From Myxococcota bacterium (GTDB lineage: Bacteria; Myxococcota; Kuafuiibacteriia; Kuafuiibacteriales; Kuafuiibacteriaceae), in contig JBHJGZ010000004.1 in the NCBI GenBank assembly GCA_050331295.1, positions 477,008 through 541,007 on the forward strand: a DNA stretch of 64,000 nt. The letters run 5' to 3'. Position 1 is the first letter of the stretch, and the number at the start of each line of letters is the position of its first letter. Of this stretch, positions 1-9,365 are shown piece after piece. A model generated the notes under the pieces. It made no database searches. It was not told the origin of the DNA and saw nothing but the letters and a program-made list of their open reading frames with translations. The translations under genes were made by a program, and so were the position numbers.

Positions 1-398
1 AGTTCGCCGTCTTCCTTGTAGATGGCTTCGACGGGCCGATTCTCGAGGAGATCGAGGACGGTCTCACTGGGTCGACAGAGCCTGACACCGCGCGGTGTCG
101 CCACCAGAGGTCGGTTCACCAAGATGGGGTGCTGAAGCATGGCTTCGAGAAGCTCATCCTCGGGCACGTTCGGGTCCAGCAAGCCGAGCTCGGCGGCCGG
201 AGACTTTGTTTCGCGAAGCGCCGTTCGCGGCGTGATGCGCGCCGCCGCGAAAAGGGTCAATAAGTGGCCCCTGGTCCAGCCGGTCCGAAGGTACTCGATG
301 ATTTCGGGTTCATAACCGGCAGCCCGAACGATGCTCACGACGTTCCGAGAGGTCCCGCAGTCGGGATTGTGGTGGATGACAACGGGGAATCGATTCAT
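1..398 (-). CDS. arsC: Arsenate reductase, glutaredoxin-type (ArsC/Spx family), 3' end runs off window
   Basis: Reverse-strand translation from ATG at 398 gives MNRFPVVIHHNPDCGTSRNVVSIVRAAGYEPEIIEYLRTGWTR...LQHPILVNRPLVATPRGVRLCRPSETVLDLLE. This is nearly colinear with E. coli ArsC (HNPACGTSRN...LCRPSE). No stop is reached before position 1. Confidence 0.75.
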   Translation of the reverse strand, partial: MNRFPVVIHHNPDCGTSRNVVSIVRAAGYEPEIIEYLRTGWTRGHLLTLFAAARITPRTALRETKSPAAELGLLDPNVPEDELLEAMLQHPILVNRPLVATPRGVRLCRPSETVLDLLENRPVEAIYKEDGE

Positions 399-452
399 GC
401 CGACACGTTGCTTGCGTATGTCGGGTGTCGACAAGGCCCAAGCAAAGTTCGG

Positions 453-1340
453 CTAAGACTCGCCCGATGGTTCCGCCTTGTCTTGCGTCTTGGTTTCGAA
501 GTCGCCCGCGTCGTGGCGCTCGCGAAGCTGGCTGCTGGGCTCGCCCCAAGCGCGATTGACCATGCGGCCGCGTCGAGCCGCGGGCCGGGTTGCGATCTGC
601 TGCGCCCAACGCTTCACATGGGTGTATCTGTCCACGTCCAAGAACTCTGCGGCATCGTACAAGAGCCCTCGAACCAGAGCTCCGTACCATGGCCAGATGG
701 CGATATCGGCGATGGAGTACGCATCCCCGCCCACGAACGGATGGTCCGCCAAGCGTTGATTCAATACGTCGAGCTGTCGCTTGGTCTCCATCGCGTACCG
801 GTCGATGGCATATTCGATGGTCGTCGGTGCGTAGGCATAGAAGTGGCCAAACCCTCCGCCGAGAAAGGGCGCGCTTCCGACCTGCCAGAAGAGCCATGAC
901 AAGCACTCGGCCCGCTGGGCCGAGTCCGTGGGAAGAAGAGCCCCGAATTTCTCGGCCAAGTAGAGGAGTATGGCGCCGGACTCGAACACGCGAGTCGGTG
1001 AAGGTGTGCTCAGGTCCAGGAGCGCCGGAATTTTGGAGTTCGGATTGACCGCGACGAAGCCGCTTCCGAATTGTTCGCCGTCGTTGATTCGGATCAACCA
1101 CGCGTCGTACTCGGCTCCGTCGAATCCGAGGGCCAGCAGCTCTTCCAGCATCACGGTGACCTTCACTCCGTTGGGCGTCGCGAGAGAGTACAGCTGGAGG
1201 GGATGCTTGCCGCGGGGCAGCTCCTTGTCGTGCGTTGCCCCCGCGGTCGGCCGATTGATCTGGGCGAATTGGCCGCCGCTCTCCCGTGTCCAGGTCCACT
1301 TTCGAGGAAGCCGGTCGTGGCCTTCGTTTTCTCCGGTCAT
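453..1340 (-). CDS. yghU: Glutathione S-transferase, Nu class (YghU-like disulfide-bond reductase)
   Basis: The 295-aa ORF aligns end to end with E. coli YghU, for example KWTWTRESGGQFAQINRPTAG, HPLQLYSLATPNGVKVTVMLEELLALG, FLGGGFGHFYAYAP and RHDAGDFET. Confidence 0.9.
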   Translation of the reverse strand: MTGENEGHDRLPRKWTWTRESGGQFAQINRPTAGATHDKELPRGKHPLQLYSLATPNGVKVTVMLEELLALGFDGAEYDAWLIRINDGEQFGSGFVAVNPNSKIPALLDLSTPSPTRVFESGAILLYLAEKFGALLPTDSAQRAECLSWLFWQVGSAPFLGGGFGHFYAYAPTTIEYAIDRYAMETKRQLDVLNQRLADHPFVGGDAYSIADIAIWPWYGALVRGLLYDAAEFLDVDRYTHVKRWAQQIATRPAARRGRMVNRAWGEPSSQLRERHDAGDFETKTQDKAEPSGES

Positions 1341-1469
1341 TTGCCATCCGTATCGGTATCCGACTCGGGAACAAAATCAGATCCGCCCGGCCAGACCGAG
1401 TCTCGTGAGAACAGACTGTTCGCAACTCAGGGTCTTTTCGATCGGCTCGGTTGGAGTTACTCCGCCACC

Positions 1470-2060
1470 ATGACTAAGGTCGCCATCATTTACTACTCCA
1501 TGACCGGAACGAACAAAGCGCTGGCTGAAGCGGTCGCCGAAGGCGTCAAAGCCGCCGGAGGTGAGGCTCGGGTTCGGATCGTGCAGGAAACCGCGCCCGC
1601 GTCCGCCATCGCATCCAATCCCGCGTGGAAGGCGCTTCAGGATTCCGTCAAGGACGAACCGAAAGCGTCGCCAGATGACATCGAGTGGGCCAATGCCGTG
1701 GTCCTCGGAACGCCGACCCGCTTCGGCAACGTCTCGGCTCAGCTCAAGGCATTCATCGACACGCTCGGAGGATTGTGGTTTCAGGGCAAGCTTGCCAACA
1801 AGGTCTACGCAGGATTCACATCAGCCCAAAACGATCACGGGGGACAGGAAAGTACCCTCCTGGCATTGTTCAACTCCATTTATCACTTTGGCGGCTATAT
1901 CGTAACGCCGGGCTATACGGACGCGGTCGTGGCGGCTGCCGGCGGGAACCCGTATGGACCGTCGGTCACCGCATCGAAAGACGGAGTACCGGGTCCCGAC
2001 CTGGACCACGCTCGCTACCTCGGGCGCCGGGTCACGGAGACCGCCAAGAAGCTGAGCTAG
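1470..2060 (+). CDS. wrbA: NAD(P)H:quinone oxidoreductase WrbA (flavodoxin-like)
   Basis: Begins MTKVAIIYYSMTGTNKALAEAVAEGVKAAG and has a GGAG RBS. The protein is 197 aa with WrbA-type motifs TPTRFGN, QESTL and HFGG. The upstream part of track ORF 1071..2060 is antisense to yghU and is ignored. Confidence 0.9.
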   Translation: MTKVAIIYYSMTGTNKALAEAVAEGVKAAGGEARVRIVQETAPASAIASNPAWKALQDSVKDEPKASPDDIEWANAVVLGTPTRFGNVSAQLKAFIDTLGGLWFQGKLANKVYAGFTSAQNDHGGQESTLLALFNSIYHFGGYIVTPGYTDAVVAAAGGNPYGPSVTASKDGVPGPDLDHARYLGRRVTETAKKLS

Positions 2061-2278
2061 AGGCTCGGCTCCTCCATCTCACCTGTCCTCTCGCCCTCGG
2101 ACCCCTCTCCAAGCCGTTCCGTCGCCACCGTCTCCGGCTCGGATACTTCGAGCGAAACCCTGCATCGGCTTCCCGTCGCCGAACTTTGGTTCATCGGGCT
2201 CGCGCTCGGTCCGGGCCGGGGCGGAATTTCATCAGCCGTCGTTCTTTCGGCCGATTCGGACTCCGCCTCGCTTCTCTT

Positions 2279-3472
2279 ATGCTCGCCCCGATGACTTCGG
2301 CGTGGCGACGGCAACTGCGCTCCGCGACGCTCTTTGCGGGTGACGTGGGGCGTCGATTGCAAGGCCTTCTTCCGCCTCGACCCACGCCCTCGGTGGGGGA
2401 TCAGGTCCTCGTTGCACTGTTGCTGCTGCTCGCACTGACCGAAGGCTTCGCGAGGCCGGACCTCGCATGGAGACCGCTCGCGGTGGTTCTGGCTGTTGGG
2501 ACCGTCGCCTCTCTGCTCTGGAGACGAAGCCACCCATTCACCCTCGTGGTCATGGACTTTGGTCTTCACCATTCGGTTCGGTTTGCCGCCTCCCTAGCCA
2601 ACGTGCCGTGGAGCAGTTTGTTCACCAGCATCTGTCTGGTCCTGCTCCCCTACTCTCTCGTGCGCCGGAGTTCATCCTGGCAGATCGCGGTGGGCCTGGC
2701 GGTGATGCTCCTCGGTCCCGCCATGATGGTGCAGCGCGAACGGGTTCCCGAGGCCGTTGCTGCGACCGTGTTGCTCCTCTTGCCCGCGATGCTCGGAGCG
2801 GTCGTGCGGCTTCGGGCCTCTGCTCGCCAGCGGGAGATCGAAAGGGCCAAGCACCTCGAACGTGAGCAGCTGGCTCGAGAACTCCACGACACGGTTGCTC
2901 ATCACGTGTCGGCGATTGTCGTTCAAGCCCAAGCCGGGCGGACGTTGTCGTCCGATCATCGCGAACCCGCAGCGCGCGCGCTCGAAGTGATCGAAGAAGC
3001 AGCCGCGCGCGCGTTGGGAGACATGCGAAGCTTGGTTCGGACGCTCCGCTACGAGGAGCAGCCGCAAATGGCACCTCTTCCGGTGCTGTCGGACTTGAAG
3101 CGACTCGCCCGCAACGCCACCGACGACTTGCCCGTGGAAGTCCAGCTGTCTGGCGACCTGGAAGCACTGGAGCCGACCATTGCCGCGGCCATGTATCGCC
3201 TCGTGCAAGAATCCATCACCAACGCGATTCGTCACGCCCGGGGTGCGACCCATATTGCGGTCAGCATCGTCGGGGAGAAGGATGTGGTTCGTCTCGTCAT
3301 CCGAGACGACGGACGGCTTCGTCATTTCGAAGAGGCCAGGGCCTCGGGATTTGGTCTGGCCGGCATGGCGGAGCGAGCCAGTCTCCTCGGCGGCACGTTT
3401 CGAGCCGGTCCAAACCCCGAACGGGGTTGGACGGTGGAAGCCGTACTGCCGCGAAAGGGTGCTCCGTCGTGA
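2279..3472 (+). CDS. Sensor histidine kinase (HisKA_3 dimerisation + HATPase_c, NarX/DesK type) with polytopic N-terminal membrane domain
   Basis: Several predicted TM helices are followed by the H-box ELHDTVAHHVSAIVVQAQAG. N and G boxes follow: ESITNAIRHARGATH and GFGLAGMAERASLLGG. The stop overlaps the response-regulator start as GTGA. The true start is uncertain and the track ORF begins spuriously at 1685. Confidence 0.8.
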   Translation: MLAPMTSAWRRQLRSATLFAGDVGRRLQGLLPPRPTPSVGDQVLVALLLLLALTEGFARPDLAWRPLAVVLAVGTVASLLWRRSHPFTLVVMDFGLHHSVRFAASLANVPWSSLFTSICLVLLPYSLVRRSSSWQIAVGLAVMLLGPAMMVQRERVPEAVAATVLLLLPAMLGAVVRLRASARQREIERAKHLEREQLARELHDTVAHHVSAIVVQAQAGRTLSSDHREPAARALEVIEEAAARALGDMRSLVRTLRYEEQPQMAPLPVLSDLKRLARNATDDLPVEVQLSGDLEALEPTIAAAMYRLVQESITNAIRHARGATHIAVSIVGEKDVVRLVIRDDGRLRHFEEARASGFGLAGMAERASLLGGTFRAGPNPERGWTVEAVLPRKGAPS

Positions 3473-4125
3473 GCATTCGCGTCTTAATCGCGGATGACCA
3501 GGACCTCGTTCGGTCCGGCTTCAAGATGATCGTCGACGCCCAAGCGGACATGGAGGTCGTCGGCGAAGCGGCGGACGGTGAACGAGCGGTGCGGCTCGGC
3601 CGTGAACTCCGGCCCGACGTGTGTCTATTCGACATTCGAATGCCGCTCATGAACGGCATCGAGGCGACGCGACATCTGGCCGGACCTCACCTTACGGATC
3701 CCCTGGCCATCGTGGTGATCACGACCTTCGATCTGGACGAATACGTCCACAATGCGCTGAAGGCTGGGGCCCGGGGCTTCCTTTTGAAGGATGCCGGTCC
3801 GGACCTTCTGCTTCAGGCGATTCGCGCGGCGGCTCATGGCGATGCGCTGATCGCCCCGAGCATCACGGCGCGCCTCCTGGACCGGTTCGCGCACGCAGGC
3901 GCATCATCTCTGCCAGCTCACCCCATCGAGGCCCTCACCGAGCGCGAGGAAGAAGTCCTGCTCCTTGTCGCCCGTGGTCGTACCAACGCCGAGGTCGCAA
4001 CCGACCTGTCCATCCATCTCAGCACAGTGAAGAGCCACATCGCGAGCCTGATGGGAAAGATTCAGGCCCGAAATCGAGTCGAACTCGCCATGTGGGCCTA
4101 CGAAACCAACCGCCTGGGCAGCTGA
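3469..4125 (+). CDS. Response regulator, NarL/FixJ family (REC + LuxR-type HTH)
   Basis: Receiver motifs VLIADDQDLVRSG, D in LFDIRMP and the conserved K region. C-terminal LuxR HTH: LTEREEEVLLLVARGRTNAEVATDLSIHLSTVKSH. Coupled to the upstream kinase. Confidence 0.85.
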   Translation: MSIRVLIADDQDLVRSGFKMIVDAQADMEVVGEAADGERAVRLGRELRPDVCLFDIRMPLMNGIEATRHLAGPHLTDPLAIVVITTFDLDEYVHNALKAGARGFLLKDAGPDLLLQAIRAAAHGDALIAPSITARLLDRFAHAGASSLPAHPIEALTEREEEVLLLVARGRTNAEVATDLSIHLSTVKSHIASLMGKIQARNRVELAMWAYETNRLGS

Positions 4126-4153
4126 GGCCAGGCGAGACAACCCTGGAAAGATC

Positions 4154-4975
4154 ATGACGCAGACCGAAACTCTGACCGCGACTCAAATGGATACCCGTGC
4201 CGAAGGCTGGCTTCGGGCCGCACAAAGCCTTTGGTTTGGGCTGACCATCCTCGGGCAGTGGACCTTCGTCTATTTCATCGTCGCCTACTACTTTGGCGCG
4301 ACGTGGACGGGAGAGTTCGCGCGCTGGAACCACAAGCCTCTCATCACCGGGCATGTTCCCGGGGACCTTTCCGGCAATCTGGTCTTCGCCGGCCACGTCA
4401 TCATGGCCGCCGTCATGACCGCGGGTGGAACGCTTCAGCTCATTCCACAACTCCGCGAACGAGCCGCGGGATTTCATAGATGGAACGGCCGTTTCTTCCT
4501 GATTACCGCCGTGCTTCTCGCAACGGGCGGCCTGTATCTGGTTTGGGTTCGCGGTTCCTATCTCAATTTGACGACCGCATTGGGCATCACCGTGAATGCA
4601 CTGCTGATCATCACATTCGCCATCCTCACGGTCCGGCTGGCGATGCAGCGGGACATCGATGCCCATCGGCGTTGGGCGCTTCGTACATTCATGGTGGCCA
4701 ACGGTGTGTGGATGCTTCGGGTCGGCATGATGTTCTGGGCGGTAACAACGCGGGGAGCCGGCATGACCCGGAACATGAGCGGGCCATTCGACCTGTTCTG
4801 GATTTTTGGGTGCTATCTGGTCCCGCTGGCGGGCTTGGAAGCCTATCTTTGGGTTCGCTCGTCAGGCGGTGTCATGACGAAGTGGGCCATGTCCGGTGCC
4901 TTGTTCGTCTTCAGCTTGTTCATCGGAATCGGCTCGGTGGCCGCGTATCTGCTGATGTGGGGCCCATACATATAA
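4154..4975 (+). CDS. Polytopic membrane protein (DUF2306-like)
   Basis: 273 aa with about 6 hydrophobic helices, lying directly downstream of the two-component pair. The family call comes from overall topology only. Confidence 0.55.
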   Translation: MTQTETLTATQMDTRAEGWLRAAQSLWFGLTILGQWTFVYFIVAYYFGATWTGEFARWNHKPLITGHVPGDLSGNLVFAGHVIMAAVMTAGGTLQLIPQLRERAAGFHRWNGRFFLITAVLLATGGLYLVWVRGSYLNLTTALGITVNALLIITFAILTVRLAMQRDIDAHRRWALRTFMVANGVWMLRVGMMFWAVTTRGAGMTRNMSGPFDLFWIFGCYLVPLAGLEAYLWVRSSGGVMTKWAMSGALFVFSLFIGIGSVAAYLLMWGPYI

Positions 4976-5026
4976 AGAGGCCTTCAAGCCAAACCGAGGT
5001 CTGTCGGCCGTTGCTGTACCGCCTGG

Positions 5027-5509
5027 TCAATGACGGTCGCCGGTGCGAAGAAAGTAGTCTTGGAGCTGATGGGTCTCCTGATTCATGCGCATCAAGTTGG
5101 CATGGGTGATCCGGAAGATTGCGCGCATGACCTTATACACGATCCGTGGCTGGGTTTCGAGAAGCGCTTCGAAGTCGTCGGGTTCCAAGGTCAGCACTTC
5201 GCTTGTCGTCCTCGAGCGGAGCGTTGCCTTCCGCGCGGAGCCGTCGATGAAAGCTCGGGTCCCGGCACATTCTCCTGGCTGCATCTGATGAACGGCCTGC
5301 TCTCCCTTGGGGCTCATCTTGCAAACGTCGATGGATCCGGACGCCAGCATGAACAGCGTCCGACGCGTCTCCCCTTCCTTCACCAGCGTTTCGCCCTCCC
5401 CGATCGTCTGACTTCCCATACGTTCCACCAGGAGCGCCCGCTCTTCGGTGTTCAGTTCGGCGCCCAGTGTGGAGTGGGCAAGGGCTTCGGTCTTGCTCGT
5501 CGAATTCAT
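5027..5509 (-). CDS. Cyclic nucleotide-binding (cNMP) domain protein
   Basis: CAP-like beta-roll motifs: GETLVKEGE, RTLFMLASGSIDV and GECAGTRAFIDGSARKATLRSRT. Start chosen at MNSTSK, which has a GGAGAG Shine-Dalgarno sequence; the track ORF extends to 5578. Confidence 0.6.
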   Translation of the reverse strand: MNSTSKTEALAHSTLGAELNTEERALLVERMGSQTIGEGETLVKEGETRRTLFMLASGSIDVCKMSPKGEQAVHQMQPGECAGTRAFIDGSARKATLRSRTTSEVLTLEPDDFEALLETQPRIVYKVMRAIFRITHANLMRMNQETHQLQDYFLRTGDRH

Positions 5510-5913
5510 GGGGCACTCTCCTTCGGCAGCGGACGCTAGCCAAGAGATCACCTGAGGTAAAATGGGGTTGGGCAACAATAACGCCCTCAGCGACCGTGGG
5601 GGATGGGACCGGAACCTTCCGGCGGGGACTTCATGGGAGGCGTGGCCGTCTTCCGCGGGGCGTCTCGAAAATGTGCGAACCCCAAGCTGGGAGCCCTGAT
5701 CACGCGATGGAAGGGACGCGGCGCCGTCGGCGGCTCATCCGCGGACTCAGGGGGTCCGTTCCAGCGCCAGGTCAAAGCGATCAACGTGAGTGCGAGCGCC
5801 ACCCAGATTTCGAACTTCACGCCATCCCCACCAGCAACCGACGGGCCACGCTGGGGCAGCCCGGGCTCGAAGAAAAACCGAGACGGTTCGTCCGGGCGTC
5901 GTCCGGACCCGAC

Positions 5914-6513
5914 TCACTCGGACCCGGCTAGACTGGTTTCCAAATGGGCCGAACCTTCATGGGACGGCTGAAGCGTCCATTGGTCGTCGCATCGCTCGAG
6001 TCGGGCACTGACCAATCCAAAAGGCTCGGGTGTGATTCCGCGCAGACCGTCCCAAACTTCGATGGCATGCGGGACGAAGAGAACGTTCACAAAGTCGGGA
6101 TCATCGGGCCCTCGTGGCCAAAAAGCCGTCCACGATGGCATGAACTTCTTGGCTTCGGCTTTTCGTTTTCCCAGGACCTCAGCCCGGCCCACAAGAGTCA
6201 CGCATGCTGCGCGTGCGTCGTCCTGGTAGATCAGGGAGGTCCGAGGATCTGATTCGATCTCCTCCACTTTCCGCGAACTTCGACTGGTACCCAGCAACAC
6301 GCTGAAATCGGACCGTGGTGGATAAGGCTGAACCACCCGAGCATGGATGCCCTCTGATGCGTAGGTGGCGATCACGCAATATCTCTTGCGCATCATGGTC
6401 GCGCGCGCGGCCTGCAGGACCCTTTGCGCCGAACCATCCCATCGGGCGCGCCCCCAGCGTCGATAGACCAGTCCCAGAGTCGACTGGAGGTTCATCGAGT
6501 TCATGCGGAACAT
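5914..6513 (-). CDS. Pyridoxamine 5'-phosphate oxidase-like FMN-binding split-barrel protein
   Basis: Motifs CVIATYASEGIHARVV, ACVTLVGRAEV and PSWTAFWP fit general-stress-protein-26/PNPOx-like proteins. Start uncertain, possibly an internal Met. Confidence 0.55.
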   Translation of the reverse strand: MFRMNSMNLQSTLGLVYRRWGRARWDGSAQRVLQAARATMMRKRYCVIATYASEGIHARVVQPYPPRSDFSVLLGTSRSSRKVEEIESDPRTSLIYQDDARAACVTLVGRAEVLGKRKAEAKKFMPSWTAFWPRGPDDPDFVNVLFVPHAIEVWDGLRGITPEPFGLVSARLERCDDQWTLQPSHEGSAHLETSLAGSE

Positions 6514-7202
6514 CGGCGTTCACCCGGCTTCAAGAGAAAGCTGAGCAGCATCGGCCAGCCTAGGTGCTTTTCGGCTTTGGGATGCGAGCTCGTCAGCGAG
6601 GGCGTGACAAAATGCTCCTCCATTCGGACCAACTCGAAACCCGCTTGCACAACCGCCATGACGTAGTCGGAGACGTTGTGCTCGTAGCCCTTGGGACGCA
6701 CTTCGAGTCCTTCGTGGCGGTCGCTGAATTGAGCTTGCCCGTCCCGAAGGCGCATCACGGGATGCAGGTCCGAGAGATGAATCCATCCGTCTCGCTCGCA
6801 AATCCGGCGGATTTCTCGGAACAGGGGTGGGAGATGGGCGACGTGCTCCAAGACGAGGGCGCACACCACCACGTCGAACGCGGCATCTTCGAAGGGCAGC
6901 GGCTCCGTCAGGTCGTGACGGCAGAAACGAACTCGAGGGGCCCGAGGGTGACGTCGCGCGACGTCCATCATTCGCTCCGAGAAGTCGACGGCCGTCACGT
7001 CTGCACCCGCTTCCAGAAGCCGATACGTGTTGCGTCCAGTGCCGCAGCCCAAGTCCACGGCGCGGGAAGGCTTCACCCGAAGTTCTTCCATTCTTCGCGT
7101 GAGGGCGAGCTCGTCCAGCGCAATCAACGGATTCGGCTTTGTGTCGTAGGTGTCAGCCCAGCGGTCGTAGCCCTCACGGGTCGGTAGTTCGAGAATGTCC
7201 AT
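6501..7202 (-). CDS. Class I SAM-dependent methyltransferase
   Basis: Motif I VDLGCGTGRNTYRLLEAG, motif II VTAVDFSERMM and motif IV FDVVVCALVLEHV. Start at MDILELPT; the track ORF's upstream extension is ignored. Confidence 0.75.
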   Translation of the reverse strand: MDILELPTREGYDRWADTYDTKPNPLIALDELALTRRMEELRVKPSRAVDLGCGTGRNTYRLLEAGADVTAVDFSERMMDVARRHPRAPRVRFCRHDLTEPLPFEDAAFDVVVCALVLEHVAHLPPLFREIRRICERDGWIHLSDLHPVMRLRDGQAQFSDRHEGLEVRPKGYEHNVSDYVMAVVQAGFELVRMEEHFVTPSLTSSHPKAEKHLGWPMLLSFLLKPGERRCSA

Positions 7203-7269
7203 CCGGACTCCACATGATACAGCCTGGCGTACCGGGAACCCGGTGCCGAGCTCCCCGAGCGTACGGAGC

Positions 7270-7920
7270 TCAAGAACGGAACAGGTGAACGAAGGCCTCT
7301 CGGATCTGTCCAATGCCCGATGACACCTCGTCCTTGAATTCGCCCAGGCGCTCGCTCGCAAGGTTTCGTCTGGAATCGAGGTTCCGCTTGAGCTCACCGA
7401 TGCGTGTGGCGAGGTCCTGCCGGTGCTCCTCGAAATCCGCCTTGAGTTTGGCCTCCCCCTCCTCGATCCGAGCGGAAATGGCTTCTTGCTCGGCGCGGAA
7501 GGCATCGGCGGCCGCTACGAAGCGCCGCTGAAGGTCGTCCCGAGTTTGATGTGCTTCCTCGGTGGTGGAACCGACTGCCCGGTCGACCTCCGCTTCGAAG
7601 CTCTGGATGGCGCTGTCGAGCTTACTCATCTGCTCATGATATGCGTCGCGGGTTTCGGCCTTCCCGAGGGCGAGCTGCACCTGAAGGTGGTCAAAGGCCG
7701 CCTGCACCTTCTGCTTGGAGTCGGAAGAGACGCGCTCGGCTTCGTTCACGAAAGCGCGAATCCGTTCCGCTTCCTCTCCGAAAGCCTTCTTCTGCCCCTC
7801 CCACTGCTTCAGGGCCTGGTCGCGGCCGATGCCCAGCTGCCTCTCGAACGCGGAGAGCTGAGCCTGAAGCTGATTCAATTTGGTATCGAGCGTACTTCGG
7901 ATCTTTTCGATGGTGCTCAT
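7270..7920 (-). CDS. Coiled-coil protein with apolipoprotein/phasin-like amphipathic helices
   Basis: 216 aa, almost entirely heptad/11-mer helical repeats rich in E, K, R, A and Q, with no signal peptide. No specific family recognised. Confidence 0.5.
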   Translation of the reverse strand: MSTIEKIRSTLDTKLNQLQAQLSAFERQLGIGRDQALKQWEGQKKAFGEEAERIRAFVNEAERVSSDSKQKVQAAFDHLQVQLALGKAETRDAYHEQMSKLDSAIQSFEAEVDRAVGSTTEEAHQTRDDLQRRFVAAADAFRAEQEAISARIEEGEAKLKADFEEHRQDLATRIGELKRNLDSRRNLASERLGEFKDEVSSGIGQIREAFVHLFRS

Positions 7921-7986
7921 AGCCCGGCCTAACGCCGGAAACGACTGGGGGCAAGCATGGGACCGAGGCCTTCTTTGGAGAAGAAC

Positions 7987-8448
7987 TCAAAGAAACTCGG
8001 CCCCGGTCTGAATGCAGACATGCTGCGTGGGGCCCGGTCCGAATGGATTGATCTCCATGATGAGCCCATCCGGAAAGGGGAGCCATCGGACCCGGAAGCG
8101 TTCGAACGAACCGGTATCACTGAAGTCCGCGAACTCGTTTCGACCTGTGAAGATATAACGGGCGAACGGGGAGACGAGGTCACCCGCCGTCACGTACGTG
8201 ACCTCACCCGTGCCGATCACGCCCGTGATGTCCGGGTTCGGGCCGGATCCGAACGTCACTCCCGTGACACTGATGGCTTCCACATCCATGGTCAGCGTGC
8301 CCGAAACCCCCTGCGTCAACTCGCATTCGAAGGTGAAGCGGGCAAGATTGGAGGCTCCTTGCCCGGACCGGAAACCATCGACAGCCTCGCCCCCGCACGA
8401 CATGACCGCCGCCGCCAGAAAGAAAAGGACCCGCATGGCCTGAAACAT
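7987..8448 (-). CDS. Predicted lipoprotein
   Basis: N-terminus MFQAMRVLFFLAAAVMSCGG contains a lipobox-like LAAAVMSC. The rest is Gly/Thr-rich with beta character. Confidence 0.5.
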   Translation of the reverse strand: MFQAMRVLFFLAAAVMSCGGEAVDGFRSGQGASNLARFTFECELTQGVSGTLTMDVEAISVTGVTFGSGPNPDITGVIGTGEVTYVTAGDLVSPFARYIFTGRNEFADFSDTGSFERFRVRWLPFPDGLIMEINPFGPGPTQHVCIQTGAEFL

Positions 8449-8660
8449 AACTCAGCGGACTCATGTGTGGGATGCCCCAGCGGCCGTTCTAGGCCGTGAC
8501 AGTCATCGCTCAGCCGACCTCGCGGCTTCCCTCCTCCGCCGCAGACCGTGCGCCCTGCCGGCCTCACCCTGGACCGCCGTCTTCATGGGAGAGCCGAGTC
8601 GACCCGCGCGAAGGCGGACTTTACTTGTCAGCCACTTCCGAGGTCCGCCAATTCTGAAAC

Positions 8661-9314
8661 ATGGAAGTGACGATTGAGCATCGATTTCAGGCCAGTTGTG
8701 TCGCCGCGCTGTTGGCACTCGGCGGCGCGGGCTGTGCCTCTACTCAAGAGAGCGCCGGTTCCGAACGCCCGGCCTTGGTGGAGTGGCAGGGAGCAACGCG
8801 AGAAGCGGTCCCCTATCATGGACAGACCGAATACTTTTTCTCGCTGCACGACGAAGATACCGCCCCCTTTGTCACGGTGTGCACCAAGAGCGACTTCACC
8901 GGTTCTCGTACCGGCGGAGCCATCGGAACCGGTGTCGTCGGTCTCGGAGGGACCCGGATCACCACCGACGATACGTGCGACTTTCCGGACCCGGCGGAGC
9001 AGCTCAGATTTATCTGCCTCAAGGGCTTTCCGTCCACCGCTGGGTGTCCTCTGGGCCGAGTCAGCGCCATGGCGGAACTGCTCGCGTACTACGCGAACCT
9101 CGAACTACAGAGGCAGATCGAGGAGCGAGGCGATGTCTCAGAGCCCCTGGTGCTGGACATGACTCGGGACGAGTACAAACTACGTTATCTGTTCATGGCG
9201 CCGGATAGCAGGACGGTCGCTTCGCGCATTCGACGACTGGAGCATTTGTACGAGGAGCCGTCGCCCTTCCGGCGCCCGCTGCCCCAAGCCGAGCCGGCGT
9301 CCGACCTCAAGTGA
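8661..9314 (+). CDS. Predicted lipoprotein
   Basis: Signal peptide with lipobox-like LALGGAGC. 217 aa. Divergent from the preceding lipoprotein gene. Confidence 0.5.
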   Translation: MEVTIEHRFQASCVAALLALGGAGCASTQESAGSERPALVEWQGATREAVPYHGQTEYFFSLHDEDTAPFVTVCTKSDFTGSRTGGAIGTGVVGLGGTRITTDDTCDFPDPAEQLRFICLKGFPSTAGCPLGRVSAMAELLAYYANLELQRQIEERGDVSEPLVLDMTRDEYKLRYLFMAPDSRTVASRIRRLEHLYEEPSPFRRPLPQAEPASDLK

Positions 9315-9365
9315 GTTCGCCCACCTTCGCTTTTCGCACCGACTTCGAGCGCCGCCGCAGATCGC

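Noticed and set aside
310-1425. 371-aa minus-strand ORF, plus the plus-strand ORFs 264..899, 590..1048 and 970..1473
   Set aside because: All are alternative frames over yghU/arsC with extreme Arg/Pro/Ser composition. The yghU frame has a near full-length match to a known protein.
1685-2278. 5' part of track ORF 1685..3472 (N-terminal 198 aa ahead of the histidine kinase)
   Set aside because: It overlaps wrbA in another frame and is Arg/Pro-rich with no membrane or kinase features. It is a typical high-GC read-through; the kinase most likely starts near 2279.
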